A DNA stretch of 64,000 nucleotides from Bacteroidales bacterium (GTDB taxonomy: Bacteria > Bacteroidota > Bacteroidia > Bacteroidales > VadinHA17). The notes under the pieces were generated by a model. The model was not told the DNA's origin. It made no database searches and saw nothing but the letters and a program-made list of their open reading frames with translations. The stretch is from the NCBI GenBank assembly GCA_003142255.1, contig PLLO01000013.1, forward strand, positions 64,784-128,783, written 5' to 3'. Positions 28,732 to 39,632 of this stretch are shown here, in pieces. Both the position numbers and the translations under genes were made by a program. Position 1 is the first letter of the stretch; each line of letters opens with the position of its first letter.

Positions 28732-30201
28732 CTATTTTCCTAAAAATACAGAAAGAGTCTTGTCTTTATACTGCGAAAATAATATAAAGACAATGATAAA
28801 AACAGTGTTTATCGCCAGTTCTGAAATCAGGTTACTATAATGATAAAACTGGCTGAACAGGACCATTCCTATAGCAATGATGAAATAGGGAAGGAGTGAT
28901 TTCATATTATAATCAACCTTAAAATGATTCCTGGCAAATATAAACGACATTATAAGCATGGCCCCATAAGAAGCAATATGTGCCCAGGCTGATGCCATAT
29001 ACCCAAAGGAAGGAACCAAAAGGAGATTAATAAGCACTGTTATTGCTGCTCCGACTATTGTTATATAAACGGCATAGATTGTCAGATCATTAAGTTTGTA
29101 CCAGATACTGTGATTAATGTATATGCCGTATAGCAGGTAGCCCATGCTTATTATCGGCACCACTACCATTGCCTCGCGATAGTTAGACCCAACAATATAT
29201 TGAATCGCTGATATATACAAGTTGATACCAAGGTATACTATCAGCATTGCTATGACAAAATACTTCATCACGAAAGCATATGTTTCCTTTGCATTTGCAT
29301 GTTTTGCCCTCTCAAAGAAAAATGGTTCTGCAGCAAATCTGAACATCTGTATAAACAGAGCCATAAGAACGCCAATTTTATAAGCTGCCCCATATTTACC
29401 TACAACCGATAATCCATCGCCCTCTCCAACCAGTCTTCTTAATATAATTTTATCCAGCGCATCGTTTATTGAACCGCTCAGTCCGGCCAGTAAAAGCGGG
29501 AATGAATAACCTATCATCCTTTTCCATAAAGATGCATCGAAGATGAATTTTATATTAATCATCAGAGGGAGCAGCAGAACAAGTGTCACTCCGCTTGAAA
29601 TAAGGTTTGCAAGAAATACATATCCAACCCTGTATTCCGGATTATATACCGACCTGAACCAGCCGTGGCTTCCTTCATATATAGCCGGTGCGATTTTAAG
29701 CAGGAAAAACACAAGGCAAAGTGATACAATGACATTCGTGATCTTGATGGCACTGAAGAGACCGGGTCTGTTTTCCCTTCTCAGCCTGGCAAAAGGAATT
29801 GCCGTAATCGCGTCAATCGCCACTATTCCTGCAAACATCCTTATGTAGTCGTGGTTATCTTTATAGTTCATAACAGCAGCGACAGGATTTATGAAAACAT
29901 TCACAAGCAATACAAAAAGCAATGAAGTCGCAATCAGGCTTATCATCGCCGTGCTGTTTACCCTGTCGGGGTTGTCGCTTTTTTGCGCAAATCTGAAGAA
30001 TCCTGTCTCCATGCCATAAGTAAGAATTACAAGCAGTAAAACCATCCATGCATATAATTCTGTAATTACTCCATAATCGCTGGTATTGATGAATATTCTG
30101 GTATAGAATGGTGTCAGAACCGCATAATTCAAAAAGCGCGGAATAATCGTTCCAAGTCCGTAAACTAATGTTTGCTTTGCCAGTGATTTGACTTCGTTCA
30201 C
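28732..30201 (-). CDS. Oligosaccharide/polysaccharide flippase (MOP superfamily)
   Basis: 489 aa; about 12-14 TM helices; Wzx/polysaccharide-biosynthesis-protein-like N-terminus. Confidence 0.7.
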   Translation of the reverse strand: MNEVKSLAKQTLVYGLGTIIPRFLNYAVLTPFYTRIFINTSDYGVITELYAWMVLLLVILTYGMETGFFRFAQKSDNPDRVNSTAMISLIATSLLFVLLVNVFINPVAAVMNYKDNHDYIRMFAGIVAIDAITAIPFARLRRENRPGLFSAIKITNVIVSLCLVFFLLKIAPAIYEGSHGWFRSVYNPEYRVGYVFLANLISSGVTLVLLLPLMINIKFIFDASLWKRMIGYSFPLLLAGLSGSINDALDKIILRRLVGEGDGLSVVGKYGAAYKIGVLMALFIQMFRFAAEPFFFERAKHANAKETYAFVMKYFVIAMLIVYLGINLYISAIQYIVGSNYREAMVVVPIISMGYLLYGIYINHSIWYKLNDLTIYAVYITIVGAAITVLINLLLVPSFGYMASAWAHIASYGAMLIMSFIFARNHFKVDYNMKSLLPYFIIAIGMVLFSQFYHYSNLISELAINTVFIIVFILFSQYKDKTLSVFLGK

Positions 30202-30312
30202 TTTAAGATTTATTTCTTTCCTTCCTGTACGGCAATTGCCTGAGAAAAGGCACCAGATCCAATAAAATGATGAGAATTAAAAATCATTTTTTTATGATCG
30301 GGCAAAGTTAAA

Positions 30313-30320
30313 TATCTTTG
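30313..30320 (+). promoter_or_regulatory. Candidate -7 promoter box (TATCTTTG)
   Basis: TAnnTTTG match 43 nt upstream of ATG 30363. Confidence 0.35.
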
Positions 30321-30362
30321 CATTCAGATTTGCAGAACATTATTAACCAAAAGAAAATAATC

Positions 30363-31178
30363 ATGAACAAATTATTAGTAAGAATATTTACCCTTTCTTT
30401 TTTCTTAATAACACTCTCCTGCGGTACTCCCGCCGGGAATGAAAATAGTGTTATTTTCATGAAAACCAGTCTTGGCGACATTAAACTCAAATTGTATGAT
30501 GATACTCCACAGCACCGCGATAACTTTCTTAAACTGGTTAATTCGGACTTCTACGAGGGGATTTCATTCCACCGTGTCATCAATAAATTCATGATCCAGG
30601 CTGGAGACCCGGTAACCAGGACTGTTCCAATTTCAAAAACAGCTGATTCTCTGAATACATACACAATCCCTGCAGAATTCAGGAAGGAATATTTTCACAG
30701 GAAGGGTGCACTGGCAGCTGCCAGGGAAGGCAATGATATAAACCCGGATATGAGATCGTCGGGCACACAATTTTATATTGTTCAGGGTACTGTTCTCAAT
30801 GATGAAGAGCTAAACCAGTCAGAACTAAGGATAAACAGCAATATTAAGCAGGCTGTGTTCGGCATTTTTATGAGGCAGGTTGGTGACAGCATCCGTAAAG
30901 CAGGGATTTCCATGACGGATGGAGATATTCAGGAAAAGGCTTCCGTAAAAATGTTCAATTTTCTCGCCTCGAACCCCGATTACAAAATTCCCGAGGATCA
31001 GCGTACTGTTTATAAAAGCATTGGAGGAGTTCCTCGTCTTGATCAGACATATACCGTTTTTGGTGAGGTTATAGAGGGGCTCGATGTTGTAGACAGAATC
31101 GCTGCCGTTCAAACCGATGCCGGAGACAAGCCAGTTAAGGATGTCAGGATCCTCAAAATTAAAATCATTAAAAACTAA
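30363..31178 (+). CDS. Peptidylprolyl isomerase, cyclophilin type, lipoprotein
   Basis: Start moved to MNKLLVRIFTLSFFLITLSCG; FHRVINKFMIQAGDP and SSGTQFYIV motifs. Confidence 0.85.
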   Translation: MNKLLVRIFTLSFFLITLSCGTPAGNENSVIFMKTSLGDIKLKLYDDTPQHRDNFLKLVNSDFYEGISFHRVINKFMIQAGDPVTRTVPISKTADSLNTYTIPAEFRKEYFHRKGALAAAREGNDINPDMRSSGTQFYIVQGTVLNDEELNQSELRINSNIKQAVFGIFMRQVGDSIRKAGISMTDGDIQEKASVKMFNFLASNPDYKIPEDQRTVYKSIGGVPRLDQTYTVFGEVIEGLDVVDRIAAVQTDAGDKPVKDVRILKIKIIKN

Positions 31179-31195
31179 TTTGTTACTTTCGTCAG

Positions 31196-32236
31196 ATGCT
31201 TGATAAAATAAATGCCCTTCTTGCTGAAATAAATGATTTATCAGTTAACAGCCACGAAGAACTTGAGTCTTTCCGCCTTAAATTCCTTAGTAAAAAAGGT
31301 CTGATTTCCGACCTGTTTGAGGATTTCAAAAATGTTCCGCCTTCTGACAAGAAGGAGATCGGCCAGAAGCTTAACCTCTTAAAGCAGCTTGCAGCGGAAA
31401 AGTACAATTTTCTGAAATTGCAATTGCAGCCTTCCGACGACAAATCTTTAGTCAATGATCTTACGCGCCCGTCTGTGCCGTACAATACCGGTTCGCGCCA
31501 TCCCATTTCAATAATGAGAAATGAGATCATAAGTATTTTTGAGCGGATAGGATTTACCGTTTCAGAAGGACCGGAGATTGAGGACGATGATCATGTATTC
31601 ACCAAGCTGAATTTTGCGCCCGAGCATCCTGCGCGGGATATGCAGGATACCTTTTACATTTCGCGGTTATCGGCTGAAGATTCATCACCTGATGATATTT
31701 TGCTCCGCACGCATACGTCATCTGTCCAGGTGCGGGTTATGCAGAACCAGAAGCCTCCTATAAGGACCATATCTCCCGGGAGGGTCTTCCGTAATGAGGC
31801 AATATCAGCAAGGGCACATTGTATTTTTCACCAGGTCGAAGGGCTCTATATTGATGAAAACGTCTCTTTTGCCGACCTCAAACAGACTCTGATGTTTTTT
31901 GCCAGGGAGATGTACGGCAAAAAAACCGAGATCCGGCTCAGGCCTTCTTACTTCCCATTCACAGGACCATCGGCCGAGATGGATGTCAGCTGTACCATCT
32001 GCGGGGGAAAGGGCTGTAACGTCTGCAAACACACGGGCTGGCTTGAGGTGCTGGGATGCGGGATGGTTCATCCTGCAGTTCTGGAGGCATGCAATATCGA
32101 CAGCAGAAAATATACCGGTTTCGCTTTCGGAATGGGTATTGAAAGACCGGCCATGCTCAAGTACCAGGTAAATGATCTCCGTCTCTATTTTGAAAATGAT
32201 GTTCGCTTCCTGGATCAATTCAGGAGTGCTTTTTAG
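31196..32236 (+). CDS. pheS: Phenylalanine--tRNA ligase alpha subunit
   Basis: 346 aa; class II motifs including HPARDMQDTF, FRNE and GFAFGMGIERPAM. Confidence 0.95.
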   Translation: MLDKINALLAEINDLSVNSHEELESFRLKFLSKKGLISDLFEDFKNVPPSDKKEIGQKLNLLKQLAAEKYNFLKLQLQPSDDKSLVNDLTRPSVPYNTGSRHPISIMRNEIISIFERIGFTVSEGPEIEDDDHVFTKLNFAPEHPARDMQDTFYISRLSAEDSSPDDILLRTHTSSVQVRVMQNQKPPIRTISPGRVFRNEAISARAHCIFHQVEGLYIDENVSFADLKQTLMFFAREMYGKKTEIRLRPSYFPFTGPSAEMDVSCTICGGKGCNVCKHTGWLEVLGCGMVHPAVLEACNIDSRKYTGFAFGMGIERPAMLKYQVNDLRLYFENDVRFLDQFRSAF

Positions 32237-32294
32237 TAATTTGAACATTTTCATCATCATGTTGTTATTCGTTGTACAATAAGTATCAAAAGTT

Positions 32295-33005
32295 ATGAAG
32301 CAGCACGATATTCCGGTTCCTTTTTGCGATCAATGCTCAATGGAAAATGGTGCTCTTTTCAAAAATCTCACCAGGGAAGAGGCTGACATTATCAATTTTG
32401 AAAAAGAGTTCCGTCAGTTCCGTCGCGGTGATATTTTGTACAAAGAAGGCAGCAGGATAAGCGGTTTTTATTGCATCCACAGCGGTATAATCAAGGTTTT
32501 CAAGACAGGTCTGGACGGAAAAGAACAGATAATCCGCTTTGCCAAGCCCGGAGAAATCATTGCCTACCGGAGCGTCCTGAGCAACGAAGTGGCATGCACC
32601 TCTGCAAAGGTCATTGACGATTGCCAGGTTTGCTTTATTCCCTCTGAAATTCTGATATCGCTTGTAAAAAGTAATCCTACATACGCTCTTGAGATACTAA
32701 AGCTTGCCTGCCATGAGCTTGGAGAGGCAAATTCATTCATAACCGACATAGCGCAGAAGACGGTAAGGGAACGACTTGCCGAGATATTGCTTCTTCTGCT
32801 GAATGATTTTTGTATTGACGAACAGAATTACCTTAAGATCTCCCTTACCCGTGAGGAGCTTGCAAATATTGTCGGAACAGCTACAGAATCGGTAATCCGG
32901 TTATTGTCTGAATTTAAAACCGATAAGCTGGTCGAGCTTAACGGCAGGAAAATCAAGATCCTGAATCAAAAAGGCCTTGAGAAGATCAGTAATGTTTTTA
33001 ATTGA
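32295..33005 (+). CDS. Crp/Fnr family transcriptional regulator
   Basis: 236 aa; cNMP-binding-like domain plus C-terminal HTH (LTREELANIVGTATESVIRLL); N-terminal CDQC pair. Confidence 0.8.
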   Translation: MKQHDIPVPFCDQCSMENGALFKNLTREEADIINFEKEFRQFRRGDILYKEGSRISGFYCIHSGIIKVFKTGLDGKEQIIRFAKPGEIIAYRSVLSNEVACTSAKVIDDCQVCFIPSEILISLVKSNPTYALEILKLACHELGEANSFITDIAQKTVRERLAEILLLLLNDFCIDEQNYLKISLTREELANIVGTATESVIRLLSEFKTDKLVELNGRKIKILNQKGLEKISNVFN

Positions 33006-33014
33006 TTTTCAGGA

Positions 33015-34040
33015 TTAAAAGAGGGTGGCGTTTGAATCGCGACCAAAGAGTTTCCCAAGATGTTTGTATGCATGCTCAGTGGCTTCGCGGCCACGTGGTG
33101 TTCTTTTCAGGAAGCCTTCCTTAATCAGGAAAGGCTCATAGACTTCTTCTATGGTTCCGCTCTCTTCTCCAACCGCCGTTGCAATGGTAGTGATCCCTAC
33201 CGGTCCACCGTTGAACTTATCAATGATTGCCGATAAGATCCTGTTATCCATTTCATCAAGCCCGTACTGATCGATGTTGAGTGCAGCAAGTCCGTATTTT
33301 GTAATTTCAATATCTATTTTACCCGATCCTTTTACCTGAGCAAAATCGCGGATCCTCCGGAGAAGCAGATTGGCTACCCTGGGCGTTCCCCGGCTTCTCC
33401 TTGCGATCTCACCCGCAGCCTTTTCATCGATTTTAATATTAAGGATACCTGCAGAACGCTTTACAATGCCAGAAAGCACGTCGCGATCGTAATATTCGAG
33501 GTGGAATTTTATGCCGAAGCGGGCTCTCAACGGACTTGTAAGAAGACCTGACCGGGTGGTGGCACCTATTAATGTAAATTTATTAAGTGTAAGCTGTACA
33601 CTTCTTGCGCTAGGTCCCTTGTCGATCATAATATCTATCTGGTAATCTTCCATAGCCGAGTAAAGATACTCTTCAACCACCGGGCTGAGGCGGTGTATTT
33701 CATCTATGAAAAGGACATCCCCCTCCTCAAGGTTAGTAAGTAGACCTGCCAGGTCGCCTGGTTTATCAAGTACAGGGCCGGAGGTTACTCTCAGGTTTAC
33801 CCCAAGTTCATTTGCGATTATTGCTGCCAGGGTGGTCTTTCCCAGTCCGGGAGGTCCATGGAGCAGAACATGGTCGAGCGATTCACTTCTTTGCTTTGCT
33901 GCAGTGACGAAAACCGTAAGATTATCGATTACCTGTTTCTGCCCTTTAAAATCACTGAAGGTAAACGGCCGGAGTTGTTTTTCAAGTTCTTTTTCCGCAG
34001 CAGAAATTTCCTCATTCCTGATATTCAGGTTTTCTTCCAT
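33015..34040 (-). CDS. ruvB: Holliday junction branch migration helicase RuvB
   Basis: 341 aa; Walker [10 protein letters not shown], Walker [10 protein letters not shown], sensor motifs. Confidence 0.95.
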   Translation of the reverse strand: MEENLNIRNEEISAAEKELEKQLRPFTFSDFKGQKQVIDNLTVFVTAAKQRSESLDHVLLHGPPGLGKTTLAAIIANELGVNLRVTSGPVLDKPGDLAGLLTNLEEGDVLFIDEIHRLSPVVEEYLYSAMEDYQIDIMIDKGPSARSVQLTLNKFTLIGATTRSGLLTSPLRARFGIKFHLEYYDRDVLSGIVKRSAGILNIKIDEKAAGEIARRSRGTPRVANLLLRRIRDFAQVKGSGKIDIEITKYGLAALNIDQYGLDEMDNRILSAIIDKFNGGPVGITTIATAVGEESGTIEEVYEPFLIKEGFLKRTPRGREATEHAYKHLGKLFGRDSNATLF

Positions 34041-34052
34041 GGAGCAAAGTAA

Positions 34053-35606
34053 CTATTTAATAAGTTTTGTACTGCTTTCAGGAAGATTTATTTTAACGCC
34101 GTTTATAATTATTTCAACATCATCCTTGTAGGTGATTGTCATTATGGCAACTCCATCCTCGTTGAATTTTTTCCAGGTTTTCTGCCTGAGTCCCATGCGG
34201 TAATACTGTTCCTCCTTTGGCCTGCCGTCTTCAAAATACAACAGATGCTGTCCGTCGGGGTTTCCCTGTACAAAATTTCCTTTAAATCTCAATTTGCTGG
34301 TCGGATAATACGATTTCCACATGCCGTCCTTTAGCCCCAGGATATATTTCCCCTCTTCACTCAGGTTGCCTGTTTTGAATTTCCAGTCACTATTTTTCTC
34401 ATCATCGGAGTACTGGCCCTGGCTGATAATATCTCCAGCTGCAGAATATTCTGCAAATGTTCCATCGCGCTGCCCCTGAAAGTATTCCTCTTCTCTTAGT
34501 ATCGACCCGTTATCATAATACCATTTCCACAAACCGTCGGGCCTTCCGTTATTGAATGATCCGGTCTGTTCCAGCTTGCCGGAGGTGTTATAGAATTTCC
34601 ATATGCCTGTTTTACGGTTATCTGTATAGGTTCCTTCAGCTTCTGTTGTTTTATCAGGATAAAGATCCTTCCATCTGCCGTTTCGGTTCCCCGCTTCATC
34701 CACAATTCCTTCCGACAGCAGCAATCCATTATCGTTATAAATAAATGAATTTGACACCTTTCCATTGGGGCCATATTCACGGTGGACCCCAACAGGTACC
34801 TTGCTGCGATATGGACCGCTATAGATCAGTTTATTATTATCGTCATATTTGTTTACAATCTCAACATCAGGCTCGTCTTCGACCCTTGACTTTACTATGG
34901 CTCCGTTTTCATAAAGCATTGTCAGCACCAGGTTCCCCCTTGCATCGTATTCTTTATAATAACCATACAACAGATCGTCTTTATATGTTTTTTCGCATTT
35001 TTTGCCCCCGTTTGGAAAGAAGTCGATCCATAATCCCTGCTTTAGGCCCTTGCTGTCATTTCTGTTTATTTTTTCCCTGCTTACAAGGAAGTCGTTATTA
35101 TATTCCAGAAGCATAATGACATTCCCGTTTTCGTCGAACTCTTTTGACAGGCCCTCTTTTTTTCCAGAATCATAAGAAATTGCCTGCTGCACCTTTCCGT
35201 CAGGAAAGTAGATAAAGCCTGTACCTTCCTTCCTGTCGCCTGCAAACAATTCCCGCGACCACACATATAACCCGACTGAAGGATCTTTTTTATATTTCAG
35301 GTAATAGCCATTTTTTTTTCCTAGCAGATAGCTTATTCTTTCGGTGGTATCTCCGGTCTGGTCATAAAACAGCCAGAGGCTGTCAAGAAGGAAGCTTGTT
35401 CGCTTTCCCTCCGATTTTTTTACTCCGGTAACATAATAGCTTTTCCAGAAACCCTCTGGTTTTCCGTCTTTTATTAATCCTTCGCTGGAAACCACTCCAT
35501 TGGGATACTTGAACTGATGGAAGCCATCCTTATCAGTTTCTGTGCCTTGTGCGAATAATCCCGATACGCATAAGGTAAAAATAATATTTACAAAGAATTT
35601 CTTCAT
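34053..35606 (-). CDS. MORN-repeat-variant (YwqK-like) secreted protein
   Basis: 517 aa; signal peptide; repeated G.W..YY.nG...eG.y.nGk..G units. Confidence 0.65.
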   Translation of the reverse strand: MKKFFVNIIFTLCVSGLFAQGTETDKDGFHQFKYPNGVVSSEGLIKDGKPEGFWKSYYVTGVKKSEGKRTSFLLDSLWLFYDQTGDTTERISYLLGKKNGYYLKYKKDPSVGLYVWSRELFAGDRKEGTGFIYFPDGKVQQAISYDSGKKEGLSKEFDENGNVIMLLEYNNDFLVSREKINRNDSKGLKQGLWIDFFPNGGKKCEKTYKDDLLYGYYKEYDARGNLVLTMLYENGAIVKSRVEDEPDVEIVNKYDDNNKLIYSGPYRSKVPVGVHREYGPNGKVSNSFIYNDNGLLLSEGIVDEAGNRNGRWKDLYPDKTTEAEGTYTDNRKTGIWKFYNTSGKLEQTGSFNNGRPDGLWKWYYDNGSILREEEYFQGQRDGTFAEYSAAGDIISQGQYSDDEKNSDWKFKTGNLSEEGKYILGLKDGMWKSYYPTSKLRFKGNFVQGNPDGQHLLYFEDGRPKEEQYYRMGLRQKTWKKFNEDGVAIMTITYKDDVEIIINGVKINLPESSTKLIK

Positions 35607-36556
35607 TTTTCAGTTACCATTTTTGCGGAAATATCAAGCATTCTCCGAATAGGCTTCTGTGCAGCAATAATTAATTTTTTGCTCATTTTAATCTCAGGTT
35701 TTTCGCTTTTAAGGCAATTATATATTTTTTCAATTGTAATCAGCTTCATGAAATTACATTCACTGCATCCGCATGTAGAATCCCTTGGAGGAGCAGGAAT
35801 ATAAACTTTTTCAGGACTCTTCTTTTTCATCTGGTGAATTATCCCTGGTTCAGTCGCCACAATATAACAATTTCCCTTATCCTCTTTTGTAAATTTAAGC
35901 AAAGCTGCTGTTGAACCAATATAATCAGCTACCATCCTGACAGGCAGCTCACATTCAGGATGCACAATAATTTTAGCTTCGGGGTTCTGATCTTTCAATT
36001 TCAATATAGCCTCAAGTGAAAACTCTTCGTGAACATGACATGTACCATTCCAGATAATCATATCGCGTCCCGTCTTGTTTAAAACGTAATTTCCAAGATT
36101 TCTGTCTGGAGCAAAGATTATTTTTTCTTCAGGAGGAAGAGAATTGACAATACTTACTGCATTTGAAGATGTGCATATAATGTCAGATAAAGCCTTTATT
36201 TCGGCAGTTGTATTCACATATGAAACAATTGTTCTTCCTGGATTATCCTTAATGAATTTTTTAAAATCTTTTCCTTTGCATGAATCAGCAAGAGAGCAGC
36301 CGGCATTCATATCAGGAAGTAGAACCTTTTTCCCAGGAGCAAGTATCTTAGCTGTTTCAGCCATAAAACGGACTCCTGCAAAAAGAATTATATCTGCATT
36401 ATTTGAAGCAGCTTTTTGAGACAAGCCAAGAGAGTCGCCAACAAAATCGGCAATATCCTGAATATCCCCTGTCTGATAATAGTGAGCAAGGATGATTGCG
36501 TTCTTTTCTTCCTTCATCCTTTTTATTTCTGAAATATAATCCGGTATATTTTTCAT
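35603..36556 (-). CDS. nadA: Quinolinate synthase
   Basis: 317 aa; ILAHYYQ start, FMAETAKIL, and conserved Cys residues for the 4Fe-4S cluster. Confidence 0.9.
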   Translation of the reverse strand: MKNIPDYISEIKRMKEEKNAIILAHYYQTGDIQDIADFVGDSLGLSQKAASNNADIILFAGVRFMAETAKILAPGKKVLLPDMNAGCSLADSCKGKDFKKFIKDNPGRTIVSYVNTTAEIKALSDIICTSSNAVSIVNSLPPEEKIIFAPDRNLGNYVLNKTGRDMIIWNGTCHVHEEFSLEAILKLKDQNPEAKIIVHPECELPVRMVADYIGSTAALLKFTKEDKGNCYIVATEPGIIHQMKKKSPEKVYIPAPPRDSTCGCSECNFMKLITIEKIYNCLKSEKPEIKMSKKLIIAAQKPIRRMLDISAKMVTEK

Positions 36557-36929
36557 TCAGCGTCCTGACCTTATTAACATCAATTATATTATAATAGATA
36601 TATTATTTAATATTTATAATGATTATGATATCCTGTTAATTGTGTTAAAAATTAAAATTGATTTATGTTGTTTTTTTCATAATTATCAGTGAGCAAACAA
36701 CTTTTCAACAGCACAAAAAATATGCCTTTTTTGATAATCAGCGAATTAGCATAAGAATTAACAACTGTTATTAACCCGGTATTAATACAGGCAACAGAAC
36801 AAAAGTATATTTTTTACTGTTCAGTTTTGGTTAATTAAAGCGTTTAATTTTAGACGTAATTCCGCGTAAACATGTTAAAAAGCCACAAGGTTCATGTTTT
36901 ATAAATTTTATAAAGAAATTACGAAGACA

Positions 36930-36994
36930 TTTTCCACTGTTATCTACATCTTATCAACAAGAGACGTAAATGACCTTCCAATATCTGTGAATAT
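36930..36994. promoter_or_regulatory. Cluster of DnaA-box-like 9-mers (TTTTCCACT, TTATCTACA, TTATCAACA, inverted TGTGAATAT)
   Basis: Three direct boxes start at 36930, 36940 and 36951 (10-11 bp phasing), each 1-2 mismatches from TTATCCACA. They lie inside a 600-bp non-coding AT-rich gap. Confidence 0.25.
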
Positions 36995-37158
36995 AGAACA
37001 AAAAACAATTTGATTTGTTTAAACATAAGAATAAGAGCCGAAGACAAAAGTCAGACATTAACCCGGGGCCGACCTGCATGTAACGGATTATTAATTAAAA
37101 TCGGATAAAAGAATATTTTTCTTTAAATTGAGCCGGTATTTTAATAAGCGTATAAATC

Positions 37159-37605
37159 GTGAAAAAGAAAAAGATAGCGGTAGTTGCTGATCATGCTGGG
37201 TTTTATCTCAAGGAAAAGCTTATGGCTTACCTGATCAGGGAAAAATATGATGTAAAAGATTTTGGCTGTTCATCTGAAGAACCCGTCGATTATCCCGATT
37301 ATGGACATCCTATGGCAAATTCGGTTTCGGAAGGTGATTATGATATCGGCATCTCGATATGCGGTACCGGAAACGGGATAAACATGACGGCAAACAAACA
37401 CCCAGGGATCAGGAGCGCATTATGCTGGAACGAAGAGATAAGCAGGCTTGCCAGGGCTCACAACGATGCAAATATTTGCGCCATTCCCGGCAGGTTTATA
37501 AATGAATCGGAACTATACCTGATAATAAAGACATTCCTTGAGACGCCATTCGACGGCGGCCGTCACAAAAGAAGAATTGACAAAATTCCATTAAAAGTAT
37601 ATTAG
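37159..37605 (+). CDS. rpiB: Ribose 5-phosphate isomerase B
   Basis: 148 aa (GTG start); DHAGF, CGTGNG and RHKRR motifs of RpiB/LacAB. Confidence 0.9.
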   Translation: MKKKKIAVVADHAGFYLKEKLMAYLIREKYDVKDFGCSSEEPVDYPDYGHPMANSVSEGDYDIGISICGTGNGINMTANKHPGIRSALCWNEEISRLARAHNDANICAIPGRFINESELYLIIKTFLETPFDGGRHKRRIDKIPLKVY

Positions 37606-37606
37606 T

Positions 37607-38047
37607 ATGCTCTCAAATTCATGCAGGTACGGGATAAGGGCAGTAATATACATTGCAAGCCGGCAAAAGGCTTCAGGAAAAACCGGGATAAAAGCCATTT
37701 CAGAAGCCCTGGAATTGCCGACCCCGTACCTGGCAAAAATACTTCAGCAGCTTGCAAGGCACAAGATTCTCCATTCTGCAAAAGGCCCGCATGGCGGATT
37801 TTCAATGCTCAGGGATCCGGCGAAGGTGACCCTTCTCGATATCATAGAAATTATTGACGGCAGCGACTTCTTCAGGAATTGCATAATTCACGACGGTAAC
37901 TGTTCATGTATAGATAAAAACATATTACCATGTCCGATTCACGATGAATATGGAGCTTTGAGATCCGGATTAATCGAACTTTTTAAAAACAGGACAATTT
38001 ATGATATGGCAAAAAAAGCAAATGAAAACAGCTCAGTGACTATTTGA
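37607..38047 (+). CDS. Rrf2 family transcriptional regulator (probable Fe-S type)
   Basis: 146 aa; SCRYGIRAVIYIA start; Cys cluster C-x6-C-x-C-x8-C. Confidence 0.8.
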   Translation: MLSNSCRYGIRAVIYIASRQKASGKTGIKAISEALELPTPYLAKILQQLARHKILHSAKGPHGGFSMLRDPAKVTLLDIIEIIDGSDFFRNCIIHDGNCSCIDKNILPCPIHDEYGALRSGLIELFKNRTIYDMAKKANENSSVTI

Positions 38048-38417
38048 TTCTATTCCTTCCGGAATTCATCGCCAGCTGGTAAATGCCAATCGAGAATAAA
38101 ATTCCGAATAAATTAAAGAGCAGATCATAGATGCTGCCCGTACGGCTTGTTGTCAGCCACGACTGCATCAATTCAAGTACTGCGCCAAAAATAAATGGTA
38201 TTAAGACGACAAGCGCAAGGCGACGCCCGGTATTAATTCTTTTTCTGTTTTCATAAAGCAGGACCCCCATGAATACTGCGTACATTCCGAAATGTACAAC
38301 CTTGTCCTCGCCCCGGAAATGAAACACAGGTATTTTATTGAAGGTTTCAGAACTGGCGAGGCTCAGGTACAAAATTACCAGAGCAACTGATATTGATAGA
38401 ATATTCTTGCGAAGCAT
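38040..38417 (-). CDS. VanZ family membrane protein
   Basis: Start moved to MLRKNILS; four TM helices; KVVHFGMYAV motif. Confidence 0.65.
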   Translation of the reverse strand: MLRKNILSISVALVILYLSLASSETFNKIPVFHFRGEDKVVHFGMYAVFMGVLLYENRKRINTGRRLALVVLIPFIFGAVLELMQSWLTTSRTGSIYDLLFNLFGILFSIGIYQLAMNSGRNRIK

Positions 38418-38488
38418 CCCCGATGTTTGCGCCAAATTTAGTCATTAGAATGGTATTTTATTAATACATTTAGATATTGCAAAAAAAG

Positions 38489-39628
38489 ATGGCAGGAATT
38501 TATATACATATTCCGTATTGCAGGAAGCTGTGTCATTACTGTGATTTCTACCATGTAATTTCAAAGGATAATAAACAGCCCTTTCTTGATGCTCTTAATA
38601 AAGAAGCAGATTTCAGAAAGGATTATCTTGGAAAGGAGACGATTTCAACAATTTATCTAGGCGGAGGAACCCCGTCTGTTCTGCTGGCATCGGAGACCGG
38701 TTCTCTGCTTGGCCATATAAGAAGCATTTTCAACATCGAAAAAGATTGTGAAATAACTATCGAAATAAACCCCGATGATGTAACAGGAGAGTACCTTAAA
38801 GATCTTAAAAGCCAGGGTATAAACAGGATCAGCCTGGGAGTTCAATCGTGGCGCGATAAAGACCTTAACCTGATGAACAGGAGGCATACCGCACGCCAGT
38901 CAGAAGAGGCAATTAATGAAGCATTTAATGCCGGTTTCACCAATGTCACCATTGACCTCATATATGGCATCCCGGGAATGACGTCAGACGATTGGGCGGC
39001 AAATCTGGACAAGAGCTTCTCTTTTGGCATTAGTCACCTGTCGGCCTACCACCTCACCATTGAGCCGGGAACGGTCTTCGGGAAGATGAAGGAAAAAGGA
39101 AAGCTTGAAGAGGTGGACGAGGAGGAGAGCACTACCCAGTTCAATATTCTCACCGAAAAAGCTGCTGCAGCCGGATTTGTTCATTATGAAATATCGAATT
39201 TCGGAAAACCCGGATTCTTTTCAGTTCATAATACAAATTACTGGAAACAGGTTCCCTACCTGGGACTGGGGCCTTCGGCACATTCATACAATCACTATTC
39301 GAGGCAATGGAACCTGCGCGACCTGAAGAAATATATCAGATATGCCGGTAGCGATAAACAGCTGTTTGAAAAAGAGGAACTGGACCTGAAAACCAGGTTC
39401 AATGAGTACATGATGACCTCCCTGCGGACCATGTGGGGGATTGACCTTGAATACACGGAGAGAACTTTTGATAAGGAAGGGTATGATTATGTAATTAATA
39501 CATCAAGGAAATTTATCGAGTACGGCCTTATGAAACAGGAAAAAAATGCCCTGATCCTTACGAATCAGGGCATTATGATATCTGATAATATTATTTCCGA
39601 GTTTATGATGCCCGGAGACAATAGTTAA
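38489..39628 (+). CDS. hemW: Radical SAM heme chaperone HemW (oxygen-independent coproporphyrinogen oxidase-like)
   Basis: Start moved to MAGIYIHIPYCRKLCHYCDF (CxxxCxxC); GGGTPS; HemN_C-like tail. Confidence 0.85.
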   Translation: MAGIYIHIPYCRKLCHYCDFYHVISKDNKQPFLDALNKEADFRKDYLGKETISTIYLGGGTPSVLLASETGSLLGHIRSIFNIEKDCEITIEINPDDVTGEYLKDLKSQGINRISLGVQSWRDKDLNLMNRRHTARQSEEAINEAFNAGFTNVTIDLIYGIPGMTSDDWAANLDKSFSFGISHLSAYHLTIEPGTVFGKMKEKGKLEEVDEEESTTQFNILTEKAAAAGFVHYEISNFGKPGFFSVHNTNYWKQVPYLGLGPSAHSYNHYSRQWNLRDLKKYIRYAGSDKQLFEKEELDLKTRFNEYMMTSLRTMWGIDLEYTERTFDKEGYDYVINTSRKFIEYGLMKQEKNALILTNQGIMISDNIISEFMMPGDNS

Positions 39629-39632
39629 CAAC

